From the NCBI GenBank assembly GCA_964603935.1, contig CAZRWL010000003.1:1-61807 (forward strand): a stretch of 61,807 nt of DNA, written 5' to 3'. Origin of the DNA: an uncultured Gammaproteobacteria bacterium (GTDB lineage: Bacteria > Patescibacteriota > Microgenomatia > Levybacterales > UBA12049). The notes beneath the pieces were generated by a model. It worked only from the letters and a program-made list of their open reading frames with translations. It searched no databases and was not told where the DNA came from. How positions within the stretch are numbered: the first letter of the stretch is position 1; the number at the start of each line of letters is the position of its first letter. Made by a program: the position numbers and the translations under genes. Positions 1 through 9,988 of this stretch are shown here, in pieces.

Positions 1-544
1 ATGCTCCTATCACTCCGTCTATTGAAAACGTTGAATCCAAAACCTCAAGATATGCGATCTTACTTATATCTGACATATTCCCGGAAATAAGTTTCCGCTC
101 CTGTTCTTCCGCAAATTGCCTGAATCCATGAATAATAAAAAACGATGTAGATCCTACCACTGCAGCAAATGCAAGCATCGGATCTTTCTGTAAAGCAAAC
201 CAGACGATTGCCGAAAGAAGAACTGAGACGATAGCGAAAAACCACGCTCCCTGAGCTTGGAAAAATCTTTCTCCCTTCAAACCATAGTTTTTAGGTTCCA
301 AAAAAAGCCAACTGAAGAATAAGAAGACCATGAACACTCCTCCGCCCAAAAGAAGTAAAGGCGATGTCGCTTCAATCGCCTGCGCGACTTTAGGGTCCTG
401 AGAAAACGCAGCGAAAAATACTCCAACCAAGCCAATCTGCGGATTCGCAATCCAAACAATCAAAAGCGGCAAGAGTCCGCGGACAACGAAAACCGCAAAG
501 AGAAATCCCCACAATAAAAACCATCTTCTCGCTTTTTGACTCAT
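1..544 (-). CDS. DUF475/TerC-like integral membrane protein (partial, runs off window start)
   Basis: Manual minus-strand translation from ATG at 542-544 gives MSQKARRWFLLWGFLFAV...KIAYLEVLDSTFSIDGVIGA, open to position 1. It is multi-TM, and the LEvlDxxFSxDgV motif is typical of DUF475. It is absent from the ORF track because there is no stop in the window. Confidence 0.6.
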   Translation of the reverse strand, partial: MSQKARRWFLLWGFLFAVFVVRGLLPLLIVWIANPQIGLVGVFFAAFSQDPKVAQAIEATSPLLLLGGGVFMVFLFFSWLFLEPKNYGLKGERFFQAQGAWFFAIVSVLLSAIVWFALQKDPMLAFAAVVGSTSFFIIHGFRQFAEEQERKLISGNMSDISKIAYLEVLDSTFSIDGVIGA

Positions 545-563
545 CCCCCTTAATACTTCCGCG

Positions 564-1373
564 TTGATAATCGCATTATCAACGCTTGTTATTATTTCAA
601 AAAGCGAAAGCCCTACGACAGTTAATATAATAAATCCAAAATCCATAAATCGTATTGTATCAAAAAAAAATAAGTTGGTATATAATATTTCGGTGATATT
701 AAAAACTTTTTATTGGATTATTGACTATTTTTACTTGGCTTACGGAACTTTGTTAATGCTTGTCCACAAAAATCCTCCGAAGCATTTTTTAAGTCTTGCC
801 GCCAAAGGAAAAACTTCGGTAATCTTAATTCCCGGAATCTCCAACAAATGGGGATTTTTAAAAAAATTAGGGGACAGCATTTCTGCGAAAGGTTATCCCG
901 TATACGTTGTTAAAAAGCTCAAATTTAATCTTTTCGACATTCCGACTTCGGCCAAAATTGTCAGAGAAATTATCGACAAAAACAATTTGGAAAAAGCAGT
1001 AATTGTCGGCCACAGCAAGGGAGGATTGATCGGCAAATACTGTCTTATTCGTGAAAATAAAGACAATAAAGTAAAAGGATTAATAGCAGTAGGCGCTCCG
1101 TTTTCCGGCTCGCTTCTTGCGAAAATTTCCCCCGCATCTCACAAAGAATTAACTCCGGAAAGTAAAATAATTAAAAGTCTTAATTCTAATAAAAAAGTTA
1201 ATTCCAGAATTATCTCAATCATGCCCGTGTTTGACAACCATGTCTGGCACAAAAACGGAAGTTATCTTAAAGGAGCAATTAATATTACGGTTCCAATAAA
1301 AGGCCACCACAAAATCGTTTTTGACAAAATGTCGATAAGCAAAATAGCCGGACAGATCGAAAAGTTTAATTAA
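564..1373 (+). CDS. alpha/beta hydrolase, lipase/esterase-like
   Basis: Nucleophile elbow VIVGHSKGG (GxSxG). The start is uncertain: the TTG at 564 is doubtful, and in-frame GTG 693 or ATG 756 are more plausible. Confidence 0.6.
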   Translation: MIIALSTLVIISKSESPTTVNIINPKSINRIVSKKNKLVYNISVILKTFYWIIDYFYLAYGTLLMLVHKNPPKHFLSLAAKGKTSVILIPGISNKWGFLKKLGDSISAKGYPVYVVKKLKFNLFDIPTSAKIVREIIDKNNLEKAVIVGHSKGGLIGKYCLIRENKDNKVKGLIAVGAPFSGSLLAKISPASHKELTPESKIIKSLNSNKKVNSRIISIMPVFDNHVWHKNGSYLKGAINITVPIKGHHKIVFDKMSISKIAGQIEKFN

Positions 1374-1893
1374 TTTTATATTTTAACTGCAGCGTTCCCT
1401 GTTTGTTTAATTTCTTGACACTTATCAATTTAAATGATAAATCTAAATTCTCATCCGCTATTAAATTTTTTCCTGTGCCGAAAACTTTGGGTTCTAGGGT
1501 TAGATATAATTCGTGTACCAAATTATGTTTTAAAAATAAACTATTAATGGCTGCTCCTCCAACTAACAGCATTTTTTTGTATCCCCCATTTTCTAATCTT
1601 TTTATAAGCTCAGGAGGAGTTTCACTGCTGAATTCCAACATTCCCCCTACGGTTTCTTTTAAATATTTTCCTGGATTTTTTGTCAAAACAATTCTTAATT
1701 TATTTTTCTTGTGTTTGATAAATTTACGAGCTGATTCATAAGTTTTGCTTCCCATTACAATTAAAGTATGCTGCTCTATCAGTGAGAAGAAAAACTTTGA
1801 ATCTTCTTTAGACGTCCAGGAGTAAATATTGGGATTTTTCCCTTTCGTGATCTTTCCGTTCAAAGAGGAAACTGCAACCATTATAACTTTCAT
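1366..1893 (-). CDS. RibD C-terminal domain / dihydrofolate-reductase-like family protein
   Basis: The pattern MKVIMVAVSSLNGKI...IVMGSKTYES...LLVGGAAINSLF is typical of RibD_C/DHFR-fold reductases. Confidence 0.7.
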   Translation of the reverse strand: MKVIMVAVSSLNGKITKGKNPNIYSWTSKEDSKFFFSLIEQHTLIVMGSKTYESARKFIKHKKNKLRIVLTKNPGKYLKETVGGMLEFSSETPPELIKRLENGGYKKMLLVGGAAINSLFLKHNLVHELYLTLEPKVFGTGKNLIADENLDLSFKLISVKKLNKQGTLQLKYKIN

Positions 1894-2543
1894 TTCTTAT
1901 CCTTTTTAAGCCAGCTTACTCCCAAATAAACAAGAGGCGTTTCGATAACAGACATCGAACACTTTAACAACCAATAGGGAAGAATTAAACCGGCCAAAAA
2001 AATAAAATTATTATTAAAAGACTTATCGAAAGCATAAAACGCTAAAAACATAAAAACAGAAGTATCTATAAATTGGGAAACGAAATTTGATGCGTTATTC
2101 CGCAACCACAATGCTTTTTTTCCGAGTAATTTTCTAATTTTTACAAAGACCAGGACATCCATAAATTCTGCCAATGTAAAAGCCGTAAGAGATGCTGCCG
2201 CTATCCTGGCTGACAGCCCAAAGATTGCATCGTACGCTTTTTCGGAAATCTGAAATCTTGAGGATGGAGGCAAACTGGTCGCGATTACTGAAAATATTAA
2301 GATGAGAAAAATAACGAATAATCCCGATCTGATAACGCTTCTCGTTCTTTCTTTCCCGTAAACCTCCGTAATCACATCGTTAATGGTAAAAATTAACGGC
2401 AAAACAAAAATCGCAACGCTTGCGCTCAGCTTAAATGTTCCGATTGCAAAAAGCGGAAAAGTTTTTGCGCCCATGAGCTCTGAAACCGCAATGCAAAAAA
2501 TGTAAATGGAAATAAGGAAATCAAATTTCTGTATTTTAAGCAT
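1890..2543 (-). CDS. queuosine precursor transporter (YhhQ/VUT family)
   Basis: Multi-TM protein with the TINDVITEVYG motif characteristic of YhhQ/DUF165. There is a 4-nt overlap with the downstream gene. Confidence 0.75.
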   Translation of the reverse strand: MLKIQKFDFLISIYIFCIAVSELMGAKTFPLFAIGTFKLSASVAIFVLPLIFTINDVITEVYGKERTRSVIRSGLFVIFLILIFSVIATSLPPSSRFQISEKAYDAIFGLSARIAAASLTAFTLAEFMDVLVFVKIRKLLGKKALWLRNNASNFVSQFIDTSVFMFLAFYAFDKSFNNNFIFLAGLILPYWLLKCSMSVIETPLVYLGVSWLKKDKK

Positions 2544-2573
2544 ATTGCAGATTATATTTGAATATTCAAACGC

Positions 2574-3263
2574 CTAAGGATTTTCAGTATTCCCGCGGCC
2601 GGAGTTATTCTCTTTTTCATTTTCATCCTTGCGGCTTTCACTGTCTTTGCCACTCTTGGAATTATCTTCCTCTACCTCGTTGTTTTCTAAGTTCTTTCCT
2701 GAAGAATCACTCCCTGATTTTTCTTCCAATTCCTTGCGCTGACGATCATCGGCTTTCTCCCAAGCCTTTTCAATATTTCTCCTGCTTTCCTCAACCTTAA
2801 CAACATCATGCTCTGTTTTGCCTTTTTCTTCGTTGTAATCTTCTACTGCTTTTTTAATAAACCCGCCGTTTTTCTTTTTTTCAACCAGTTCCCTTACCTC
2901 CCTGCTTCTTCGGACAAGCATCTCATTTCTAAATTCAGGATTCAGGGAAGACACAGCATTTTCAGACAAACGCTTTAAGGAATATAGGGGTTCCCCGGGC
3001 AAACTGCTTTGAGATGCAAATACAGAAGCAGTACCAATAAGAATCAAGAGTATGAATGCTGCCGCAGGGGCAAAAATTATCCTGGGCCAAAAAATCGGCT
3101 CCGGTTCCTCTAAGAATTTTCTCTTAGTAGAGTACGGTCTCTCAATTTCTGAAAAACCGGATAACTTATTCAGGATAGGATTAAAATCCCTAATTTCCTT
3201 CTTCGAAGCTCCTGATAATCTCAGTTCTTTTGTTAATTGCTTTATAAACTCAATATCTTTCAT
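2574..3263 (-). CDS. putative anti-sigma factor-like membrane protein (DUF5667-like)
   Basis: The start overlaps the stop of the ECF sigma gene by 4 nt. It has a single TM followed by a SLPGEPLYSLKR motif and a charged coiled tail. Confidence 0.5.
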   Translation of the reverse strand: MKDIEFIKQLTKELRLSGASKKEIRDFNPILNKLSGFSEIERPYSTKRKFLEEPEPIFWPRIIFAPAAAFILLILIGTASVFASQSSLPGEPLYSLKRLSENAVSSLNPEFRNEMLVRRSREVRELVEKKKNGGFIKKAVEDYNEEKGKTEHDVVKVEESRRNIEKAWEKADDRQRKELEEKSGSDSSGKNLENNEVEEDNSKSGKDSESRKDENEKENNSGRGNTENP

Positions 3264-3763
3264 TTTTTAAAAAACTTTTTTAATTTCTTCAATGCTCTGT
3301 ATTGCAACACCCTCACATTAACTTCTGAGATTTTCAGAATCAGCGCTGTTTCCTTAGCTGACAAGTCTTCTATAAATCTTAATATTACAACATCTTTAAG
3401 ATTTTTAGGCAAATATGCAATAGCGCCATTTATATGTCTTATATTCTCGTCTTTTTGTATATTTTCAATAAAATCTTCATTATAACGCGGCTCCAGTCCC
3501 GTTTCTATAACTTCCTCCAGGGAAAATTCTTTTTTTTCTTTCTTTTTTCTCCAATAATCTATCAAAATGTTCCTTGCTATCTTAAAAAGCAATGCCTGAA
3601 TAAAATCAAACCTTATACTTTCCCATTTTTTCCACAACCGTAAAAATACCTCACTCGTGATATCTTCGGATAAATACGGATTTCTTGTATGAATATACAG
3701 ATATCTGTAAATTCTGTCCGAATATTCTAAATATATAGCATCAAAATCCCTCTGGAATTTCAT
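3260..3763 (-). CDS. RNA polymerase ECF-type sigma-70 factor
   Basis: Region 2 (SEDITSEVFLRLWKKW) and region 4 HTH (LSAKETALILKISEVNVRVLQYRALKKLK). A TGtTAAAAT extended -10 lies 6 nt upstream of the ATG. Confidence 0.85.
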   Translation of the reverse strand: MKFQRDFDAIYLEYSDRIYRYLYIHTRNPYLSEDITSEVFLRLWKKWESIRFDFIQALLFKIARNILIDYWRKKKEKKEFSLEEVIETGLEPRYNEDFIENIQKDENIRHINGAIAYLPKNLKDVVILRFIEDLSAKETALILKISEVNVRVLQYRALKKLKKFFKK

Positions 3764-3864
3764 GCCTATATTTTAACATATATCCTTCTACCTATATGTA
3801 ACGATATTTAGCGCGTTTCGTTATAAGTAAAATTTTGCCTAAAATAATTGGGGACGGTTTGAGT

Positions 3865-4485
3865 TTAATTCTTGGTTCCGATAATTACAACTATCGGAGT
3901 TGAGGCGTCCTCCGGTAAAATTTCTACCGCACCAACGGTAAACGTATTTCCTAAAACATCTTTTAATCTATCTGTAAAAGCCTTAGCAACTGTCTTTTTC
4001 GCTTTTATAATTGTCTCCGTATAATCAGAATTGTCCGCGTTTCCAATTGCTGAGACTGTGAATCCTTCTTCTTCCAGGCTTATTTTTTGCCTTCCTGCCT
4101 CCCCGCTAATTCCTCCGCCATTTAGCATTTCAATTTCATATTGCGCAAGATCGATCACCGGCGTAGGTGATGGCTCAACTGTTGGCGTCGGAGTTATGGA
4201 AACAACATTGACTGTTTCCTTTTTGAATATTCCTTGTCTGTAAATAAAAATCCCTGTCAGTAAAACCAAAACTATGATAAAAATGAACAGTATTGGCCAC
4301 ATGTAGCTTTTTTCCTGAGGACTATCCGGCAAAGGCTGCTCTTCCTCAGCCATCTTTTCTTTGAAATCAGTCAGAGGATCCGCCTCTTGGATTACTTCAA
4401 TTCTTTCTGAAGTTTGAGTTATAACATCAGCAACAATCACTTGCTCCTTTTTTGTTTCTTTGTCTTTTTTTTGAACAGCGCTCAT
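3865..4485 (-). CDS. LytR_C domain-containing membrane protein
   Basis: N-terminal TM and a C-terminal IEMLNGGGISGEAGR...AIGNAD pattern typical of the LytR C-terminal domain. Confidence 0.55.
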   Translation of the reverse strand: MSAVQKKDKETKKEQVIVADVITQTSERIEVIQEADPLTDFKEKMAEEEQPLPDSPQEKSYMWPILFIFIIVLVLLTGIFIYRQGIFKKETVNVVSITPTPTVEPSPTPVIDLAQYEIEMLNGGGISGEAGRQKISLEEEGFTVSAIGNADNSDYTETIIKAKKTVAKAFTDRLKDVLGNTFTVGAVEILPEDASTPIVVIIGTKN

Positions 4486-4509
4486 CCTAGAATTACCCCA
4501 TTTATTATC

Positions 4510-5613
4510 CTAATCCCTTTTTAAATATTTGTCAAAGAATTCAACGGAACGCGTAATAGCAACGTTAAAATTGTTGGCAATATTATGATCGTCTTCGGGA
4601 TAAACAACTAATTCAACTGTTTTATTCTCCGCTTTTAATTCTTTCTCCAGCTTTTCGGAAAATTCTATCGGCACTGATGCGTCCGCTGTTCCATGATGAA
4701 GCTGAATTGGGCCCGAAATATCTTTAAGATAGGAGTTTGCAGAAATAGACTCCCAAAACGCGGGGTTCTTCGCAGGCGTTCCAAATCGGGTAATCAAAAG
4801 ATCTCTCCATCTTCTGGCCCCTGATGGCAAAGGAGACGGGGTAAAAGTTGATCTTCTCCAATTATAAACCAGGTCTTCGTAAGACGCGACAACTCCTCCC
4901 CAAATCACTCCTGCTTTTATGTCCTTGGAAACTACCATTGAACGCAGAGTGATAAATCCTCCCATGGAATGTCCCCACATTCCGATTCGATTTGCATCAA
5001 CAAGGGGAAAGGGTAAAGCGTTAAGCGTTAAATCTCTTCCCCCTTCACCCTTGACGCTTTCCCCTAGTCTCTTAATTGAACTAACTGCATTAAGAACATC
5101 TATCGTATATGCAGGCGAGCCATATCCGCCTGCTGCCTCCCCCTCGGAACTCCCATGTCCGCGATAATCTGGCTTCAAAACTACGTAGCCTGCTCTTGAA
5201 AATGCATCCGTATATGCAATATATTTTTCTGTAGTTCTGTATTCTTTTGGCGGAATATAACCATGGTTAAAAATTATCACCGGCCATCCCCGATTTGGCG
5301 TATCTTCTTGCGGAATTGTAAGCAAAGCATATATTTTCAATCCATCCGACTTATACGAAACAATATATCTCTCGTAATTTGAGCCGCTTGGAAGAGTTTG
5401 TTCAATAGTAATTTCACTTCCGGGATATTCTTGAATCCGCATGTACTCAATAGATAAGGGGTATGGCGAATCGATTACTCCTCCCCTATCTTCAAGATTG
5501 TTTAAGCTATCCACAGTATTGGTTGGTTGATTTTTTTGCGGCTTATTCTGAAAACCCCAAAACAAGGAGAAAGATATTATTGTAATAACTATTACAGCAA
5601 TTAATGTCTTCAT
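4510..5613 (-). CDS. S9-family (prolyl oligopeptidase/acylaminoacyl peptidase-like) alpha/beta hydrolase
   Basis: Signal/TM N-terminus, GHSMGG nucleophile elbow, and a C-terminal DDH region. It carries the REP-D in-frame insert just upstream of the elbow. Confidence 0.7.
   Translation of the reverse strand: MKTLIAVIVITIISFSLFWGFQNKPQKNQPTNTVDSLNNLEDRGGVIDSPYPLSIEYMRIQEYPGSEITIEQTLPSGSNYERYIVSYKSDGLKIYALLTIPQEDTPNRGWPVIIFNHGYIPPKEYRTTEKYIAYTDAFSRAGYVVLKPDYRGHGSSEGEAAGGYGSPAYTIDVLNAVSSIKRLGESVKGEGGRDLTLNALPFPLVDANRIGMWGHSMGGFITLRSMVVSKDIKAGVIWGGVVASYEDLVYNWRRSTFTPSPLPSGARRWRDLLITRFGTPAKNPAFWESISANSYLKDISGPIQLHHGTADASVPIEFSEKLEKELKAENKTVELVVYPEDDHNIANNFNVAITRSVEFFDKYLKRD
5004..5065. repeat. REP-D element (LTLNA family), in-frame inside the S9 peptidase gene
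   Basis: Sequence ggggaaagggtaaagcgttaagcgttaaatctcttcccccttcacccttgacgctttcccc. It shares the words gcgttaagcgttaa, gggtgaag/cttcaccc and ggggaaag/ctttcccc with 15377-15450. Confidence 0.6.
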
Positions 5614-5660
5614 AAAGTAAATTTAAAACAGATCTAATTATTATATAATTTAGAAGAAAC

Positions 5661-6791
5661 ATGTCAAACAAGAAATGGATACTATTAATTATCGCAGGAT
5701 TGGTATTGGTTTTGGGCGCTGCCTACATTAATTCTGCGCAAAAAAGAAGCATTCTGGTATCTGTAAATAATGCTCAATCACAAGAGGCTGCCCCTGCGCT
5801 TTCGGTTGTGACGGCAAATTTGGAAATCCCCTGGGCGCTGGTTTTTCTTCCCGATAAAAGCGCTTTATTGACGGAACGTCCCGGACGAGTAAGGATTATC
5901 GACAGTAATGGAGTTTTAAACCCCAATCCCGCAGCTGTTATCAGTGATGTTTTAGCACAAGGTGAAGGCGGACTCCTGGGGATTACGATTCATCCGGATT
6001 TTTCCAAAAATCATTTTATTTATTTATACTATACCTACTCCAGCATTAATGATAATACTCTTAACCGGGTTGCAAGATTTGAATTTGAAAATAACACATT
6101 GCAAAACCCAAAAATTATAGTAGACAGTATTCCCGGCGCATCTAATCATAATGGAGGAAGAATAAAATTCGGGCCGGATAATTTTCTCTACATAACAACC
6201 GGAGACGCTCAGAATCCCTCTCTTGCCCAAGACACAAATTCACTGGCCGGAAAAATACTAAGAGTAACTGATAATGGCGAACCTGCGCCGGATAATCCTT
6301 TTGGAAATTTGATTTGGAGTTTCGGACACAGGAACCCTCAGGGGTTGGCATGGGATGAAGGCGGAAAATTATGGGAAACCGAACACGGACAAAGCGCGCT
6401 GGATGAACTAAATATAATTGAGAAAGGCAAAAACTACGGCTGGCCGGCAATTGCAGGAAATCAAACAGGAAGTAACATGGAAATCCCAATATTAAACAGC
6501 GGCTCGGAAACCTGGGCGCCAAGCGGAACTGCTTTCTTAAACGGTTCCATATTTTTTGCGGGACTGCGGGGACAAGCGCTGTTTGAATATAATATTGAAA
6601 GTAAAATCCTTACGCCTCATCTCAAAGAAGAAATTGGCAGAATCAGGGAAGTTGTTGTCGGACCCGCTTCGCCCGCTCAGCGAGGCGAGCCGGACAATCT
6701 GCTTTATATAACTACGAATAATCGGGATGGCCGCGGCGCTCCGAATAGCGCAGATGACAAAATAATCCGCGTCAATCCCGCCAAACTCTAA
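5661..6791 (+). CDS. PQQ-dependent soluble sugar (glucose/sorbosone) dehydrogenase
   Basis: Motifs GGLLGITIHPDF, HNGGRIKFGPDNFLYITTGD and GHRNPQGLAWD. It has an N-terminal signal anchor. Confidence 0.8.
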   Translation: MSNKKWILLIIAGLVLVLGAAYINSAQKRSILVSVNNAQSQEAAPALSVVTANLEIPWALVFLPDKSALLTERPGRVRIIDSNGVLNPNPAAVISDVLAQGEGGLLGITIHPDFSKNHFIYLYYTYSSINDNTLNRVARFEFENNTLQNPKIIVDSIPGASNHNGGRIKFGPDNFLYITTGDAQNPSLAQDTNSLAGKILRVTDNGEPAPDNPFGNLIWSFGHRNPQGLAWDEGGKLWETEHGQSALDELNIIEKGKNYGWPAIAGNQTGSNMEIPILNSGSETWAPSGTAFLNGSIFFAGLRGQALFEYNIESKILTPHLKEEIGRIREVVVGPASPAQRGEPDNLLYITTNNRDGRGAPNSADDKIIRVNPAKL

Positions 6792-6822
6792 ATAGCTTCT
6801 TGTGTGGTAAAATAATCTTTCA

Positions 6823-7773
6823 ATGAAGAATTTTTGGAACAATCTTCAAAAACCGATTTTAATTCAGGCGCCCATGGAAGATGTTACGGACACGGTTTTC
6901 CGGCAAATTATTGTTAAGTGCGGGTGTCCGGATGTATTTTTTACGGAATTTACCAATGTTGAGGGTATGTGTTCCCGTGGACGCGATAAGGTCGGCAAAA
7001 GATTTATTTATACAAAAATTGAACACCCGATTGTGGCGCAGATTTGGGGATTGGATCCTGCAAAATTTTTGGAAACTGCAAAGCTAATAAAGCTCAGGGG
7101 ATTTGACGGAATAGATATTAACATGGGGTGTCCGGAAAAATCAGTGGTCAAAAAAGGCGCGTGCGCAGCGTTAATCAATAACCCCCAACTAGCAAAAGAG
7201 ATAATTATGGCAACTCGCGAAGGGGCTGGCGGATTGCCTATTAGCGTCAAGACCAGAATTGGAATTAAAGATATCCAAACAGAAAAATGGGCAGGCTTTC
7301 TGCTGGGATTAAATCTTGATGCTTTGACAATCCATGGACGGACAGCCGCGGAAATGTCTGATGTCCCCAACCATTGGGATGAAATTGAAAAAGTAGTAAG
7401 GCTTCGAGATTCGCTGAAATTAAAAACATTAATTATTGGAAATGGCGATGTAGAAAGCCGTGAAGATGCAATGGAAAAAGTAAAAAAGTACGGCGTTGAT
7501 GGAGTTATGATCGGCCGCGGAATTTTTAATAATCTTTGGATCTACAATAAAAACATTGATCCGGCCAAAATTTCCTATCAGAAGAAGTTAAAATTATTAA
7601 TTGAACACATTACTCTTTTTGATAAAACTTGGGGCAAAAATAAAAACTTCTCAATCATGAAAAAATTCTACAAAATCTACATTTCGGGGATGCCCAACGC
7701 CAGCGAAATTAGAACAAAACTCATGTCATTCCAAACTGCAGAAGAAACTCTAAATTTCCTCAGATCACTTTGA
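6823..7773 (+). CDS. dus: tRNA-dihydrouridine synthase
   Basis: Motifs APMEDVTDTVFRQI and DINMGCP, with a TIM-barrel Dus pattern. Confidence 0.85.
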   Translation: MKNFWNNLQKPILIQAPMEDVTDTVFRQIIVKCGCPDVFFTEFTNVEGMCSRGRDKVGKRFIYTKIEHPIVAQIWGLDPAKFLETAKLIKLRGFDGIDINMGCPEKSVVKKGACAALINNPQLAKEIIMATREGAGGLPISVKTRIGIKDIQTEKWAGFLLGLNLDALTIHGRTAAEMSDVPNHWDEIEKVVRLRDSLKLKTLIIGNGDVESREDAMEKVKKYGVDGVMIGRGIFNNLWIYNKNIDPAKISYQKKLKLLIEHITLFDKTWGKNKNFSIMKKFYKIYISGMPNASEIRTKLMSFQTAEETLNFLRSL

Positions 7774-7861
7774 GGTTAATAAAAATCCTAAAATTGCAAT
7801 CAATATTCCGATAGAAGAAATTATAAATCCATAAGCTAAGACCTTTGCAAAACTTAAATTA

Positions 7862-9286
7862 TCAAATTTTTTCAATTTCCACTCCCTTTTTCGTATCCTT
7901 AATATTATACCCTAATTTTTTTATCTTATTCCTAACATGGTCTGCCTGAGTATAGCTTCCCTGTTTTCTCAAATGATTGCGCTGTTCAATCAATATTTGC
8001 ACCTCATTTGGCACAACAACTTTTATAAGTTTTCTTTTCTCGCGCGCATTTTCAAAATCAAGCCCCAACACCTGATCCATTTTGAACAAACTTTCCGCTT
8101 TGGCAGAATCGGGATAATCGGATTTTATTAATTCCCAAACGATTGCAAGCGCTTTCGCCATATTCAAATCATCATTGACTGCTTCCAAAAATCTTCCTTC
8201 ATATTCCGCGCAGCCAATTTTGGGATTGCGCAATTTGGAAACTTCTTCAATTAACCTTTTGTATGCAATTTGCGCTCCCTCCAAAGCATCCCAGGTAAAA
8301 TTCATCTCCTGCCTGTAATGAGTTTGCAAGAATAAATAGCGCAAAGCCAGCGGATCAAACCCTTTTTTCACAACATCTTCCACGGTAAAAATGTTTCCAA
8401 TGCTTTTACTCATCTTATTGCCGTCAACGTGCAGAAAATTATGATGAATCCAATATTTTACAAATTCTTTTTCTGTGGCGGCTTCCGATTGAGCAATCTC
8501 GTTGGTATGGTGAATTGGAATATGGTCAATCCCGCCTGTATGAATATCCAGAGTTTCTGTTTCCAAACCTTTGATGGCCATTGTCGAACACTCGATATGC
8601 CAGCCCGGAAATCCAACTCCCCAAGGACTTGCCCATTCCATCTGACGACGCGAAGCGGAGTCATCCTGAGCGGAGTCGAAGGATCTCCCTTCTGGATAAC
8701 TAAATTTCCAAAGCGCAAAATCAGTAACATTTTTCTTACCCTTAACAAATTCTACTCGTGCTCCTTTTTTTAACTCTTCTGACCTCTGACCTGTCAGAAT
8801 TCCGTAATCCGGAAACTTGGAAGTATCAAAATAAATTCCGTCCGAAATTTTGTAAGTAAAGCCTTTTTTCTCCAGCGCCTCAATAAAAACAATCTGTTCT
8901 TTTATGTAATCTGTCGCGTGCATCAGAATATCCGGTCTTTGAATATTTAAAACATCTATCGAATTGAAAAATTGTTTTTCAAATTTTTTCGCGATATCCC
9001 AGACGCTCATACCGAATTTACGTGCACCCTTTTCCATTTTGTCTTCACCCGTGTCGGAATCCGATGTCAAATGCCCCACATCCGTAATATTCATGGCCTG
9101 CTTTACTCTGAAACCGTTAAATTCCAAAACGCGAATGAGAATGTCGTCGCCAACATATCGCCTCATGTGTCCAATATGCTGATAATCATAAACCGTGGGC
9201 CCGCAAGTGTACATATTTACAATAGGCGGCTTAACCGGTTTAAAATCTTCTATTTTTCTTGTTAAGATATTGTATAGCTTCAACAT
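7862..9286 (-). CDS. cysS: cysteine--tRNA ligase
   Basis: HIGH (HIGHMR) and KMSKS motifs, and typical CysRS length. It contains a GC-rich in-frame insert (SFDSAQDDSASRR). Confidence 0.95.
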   Translation of the reverse strand: MLKLYNILTRKIEDFKPVKPPIVNMYTCGPTVYDYQHIGHMRRYVGDDILIRVLEFNGFRVKQAMNITDVGHLTSDSDTGEDKMEKGARKFGMSVWDIAKKFEKQFFNSIDVLNIQRPDILMHATDYIKEQIVFIEALEKKGFTYKISDGIYFDTSKFPDYGILTGQRSEELKKGARVEFVKGKKNVTDFALWKFSYPEGRSFDSAQDDSASRRQMEWASPWGVGFPGWHIECSTMAIKGLETETLDIHTGGIDHIPIHHTNEIAQSEAATEKEFVKYWIHHNFLHVDGNKMSKSIGNIFTVEDVVKKGFDPLALRYLFLQTHYRQEMNFTWDALEGAQIAYKRLIEEVSKLRNPKIGCAEYEGRFLEAVNDDLNMAKALAIVWELIKSDYPDSAKAESLFKMDQVLGLDFENAREKRKLIKVVVPNEVQILIEQRNHLRKQGSYTQADHVRNKIKKLGYNIKDTKKGVEIEKI

Positions 9287-9395
9287 AATAGAGTTTCTAA
9301 TTTCTAATTCTTAATTTCTAATCAAATCCAAATGTTTTAAAATTTAATAATTGAAAATTCAATAAAAATTAAAAATTTAAAATTAATAATTAAGC

Positions 9396-9977
9396 CTATC
9401 CCGCTGCTCCCCTGAACATTTCTGCTTTGTTTTGCTCTCTTGTTACTACCAGAGGCTGGGGTTTTTTTTCTTCTTTTTCTTGCAAATCCATCATTTCTTG
9501 TTTTTTCTCCTGCTCTACTTTTTCTGCGGGTCTTTCTTCCTGTTTTTTTATCGGATTAAATGTCGGATCATAATAAACTTCTTTATGCAGCTGTTGCCTT
9601 AACTGCATCAGCTCTTTTTGTTCCTCAGAAGACTTATCTTTTATCTGTTCCTGAAATTCTGATGGCTTTTGATTTTCAACACTTGTCAAGGGATTTGCGC
9701 TGGTTTGCTTTACTTCCGGTTTTTTCTCCGTTGATGAAGCCTTCTCTGAAGACCCATACAATCCTTTCAAAAACTTTACTCTTTCCTCATCCGACTGCCA
9801 TTGTTTCGGCTCTGGAGTTTTATTCTCTCCTGCATTCTGTCTTACAGAACCAACCTGCCTGCCTAAATCCGCAGCCATCTCTTCCGGTATTTTTACAACC
9901 TGCTTTGCCGTCTGCTTCACAGCCTGCCCAAGTTGTCCAAGCGTTGCCCCTAAAATCGTCGTATCATCCATATTCAA
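9396..9977 (-). CDS. hypothetical charged low-complexity protein
   Basis: ORF only, with no recognisable motif. It lies divergent from the 10028 gene. Confidence 0.35.
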   Translation of the reverse strand: MNMDDTTILGATLGQLGQAVKQTAKQVVKIPEEMAADLGRQVGSVRQNAGENKTPEPKQWQSDEERVKFLKGLYGSSEKASSTEKKPEVKQTSANPLTSVENQKPSEFQEQIKDKSSEEQKELMQLRQQLHKEVYYDPTFNPIKKQEERPAEKVEQEKKQEMMDLQEKEEKKPQPLVVTREQNKAEMFRGAAG

Positions 9978-9988
9978 ATTTTATATTT

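Noticed and set aside
60-459. Track ORFs 60-245 and 277-459 (minus strand).
   Set aside because: Both lie out of frame inside the longer open DUF475-like reading frame (1-544, minus), which has a convincing membrane-protein translation.
2544-2573. Possible preQ1 riboswitch upstream of the YhhQ-type queuosine precursor transporter.
   Set aside because: Only a 30-nt spacer is available, containing a simple palindrome (tttgaatattcaaa). It does not resemble the preQ1-I consensus as I remember it.
3764-3864. ECF-type autoregulated promoter (GGAAC-N16-CGTT) upstream of the sigma gene.
   Set aside because: Only a GAAAC ... CGTTA pair with ~11-nt spacing is present. An extended -10 (TGtTAAAAT) next to the ATG explains expression better.
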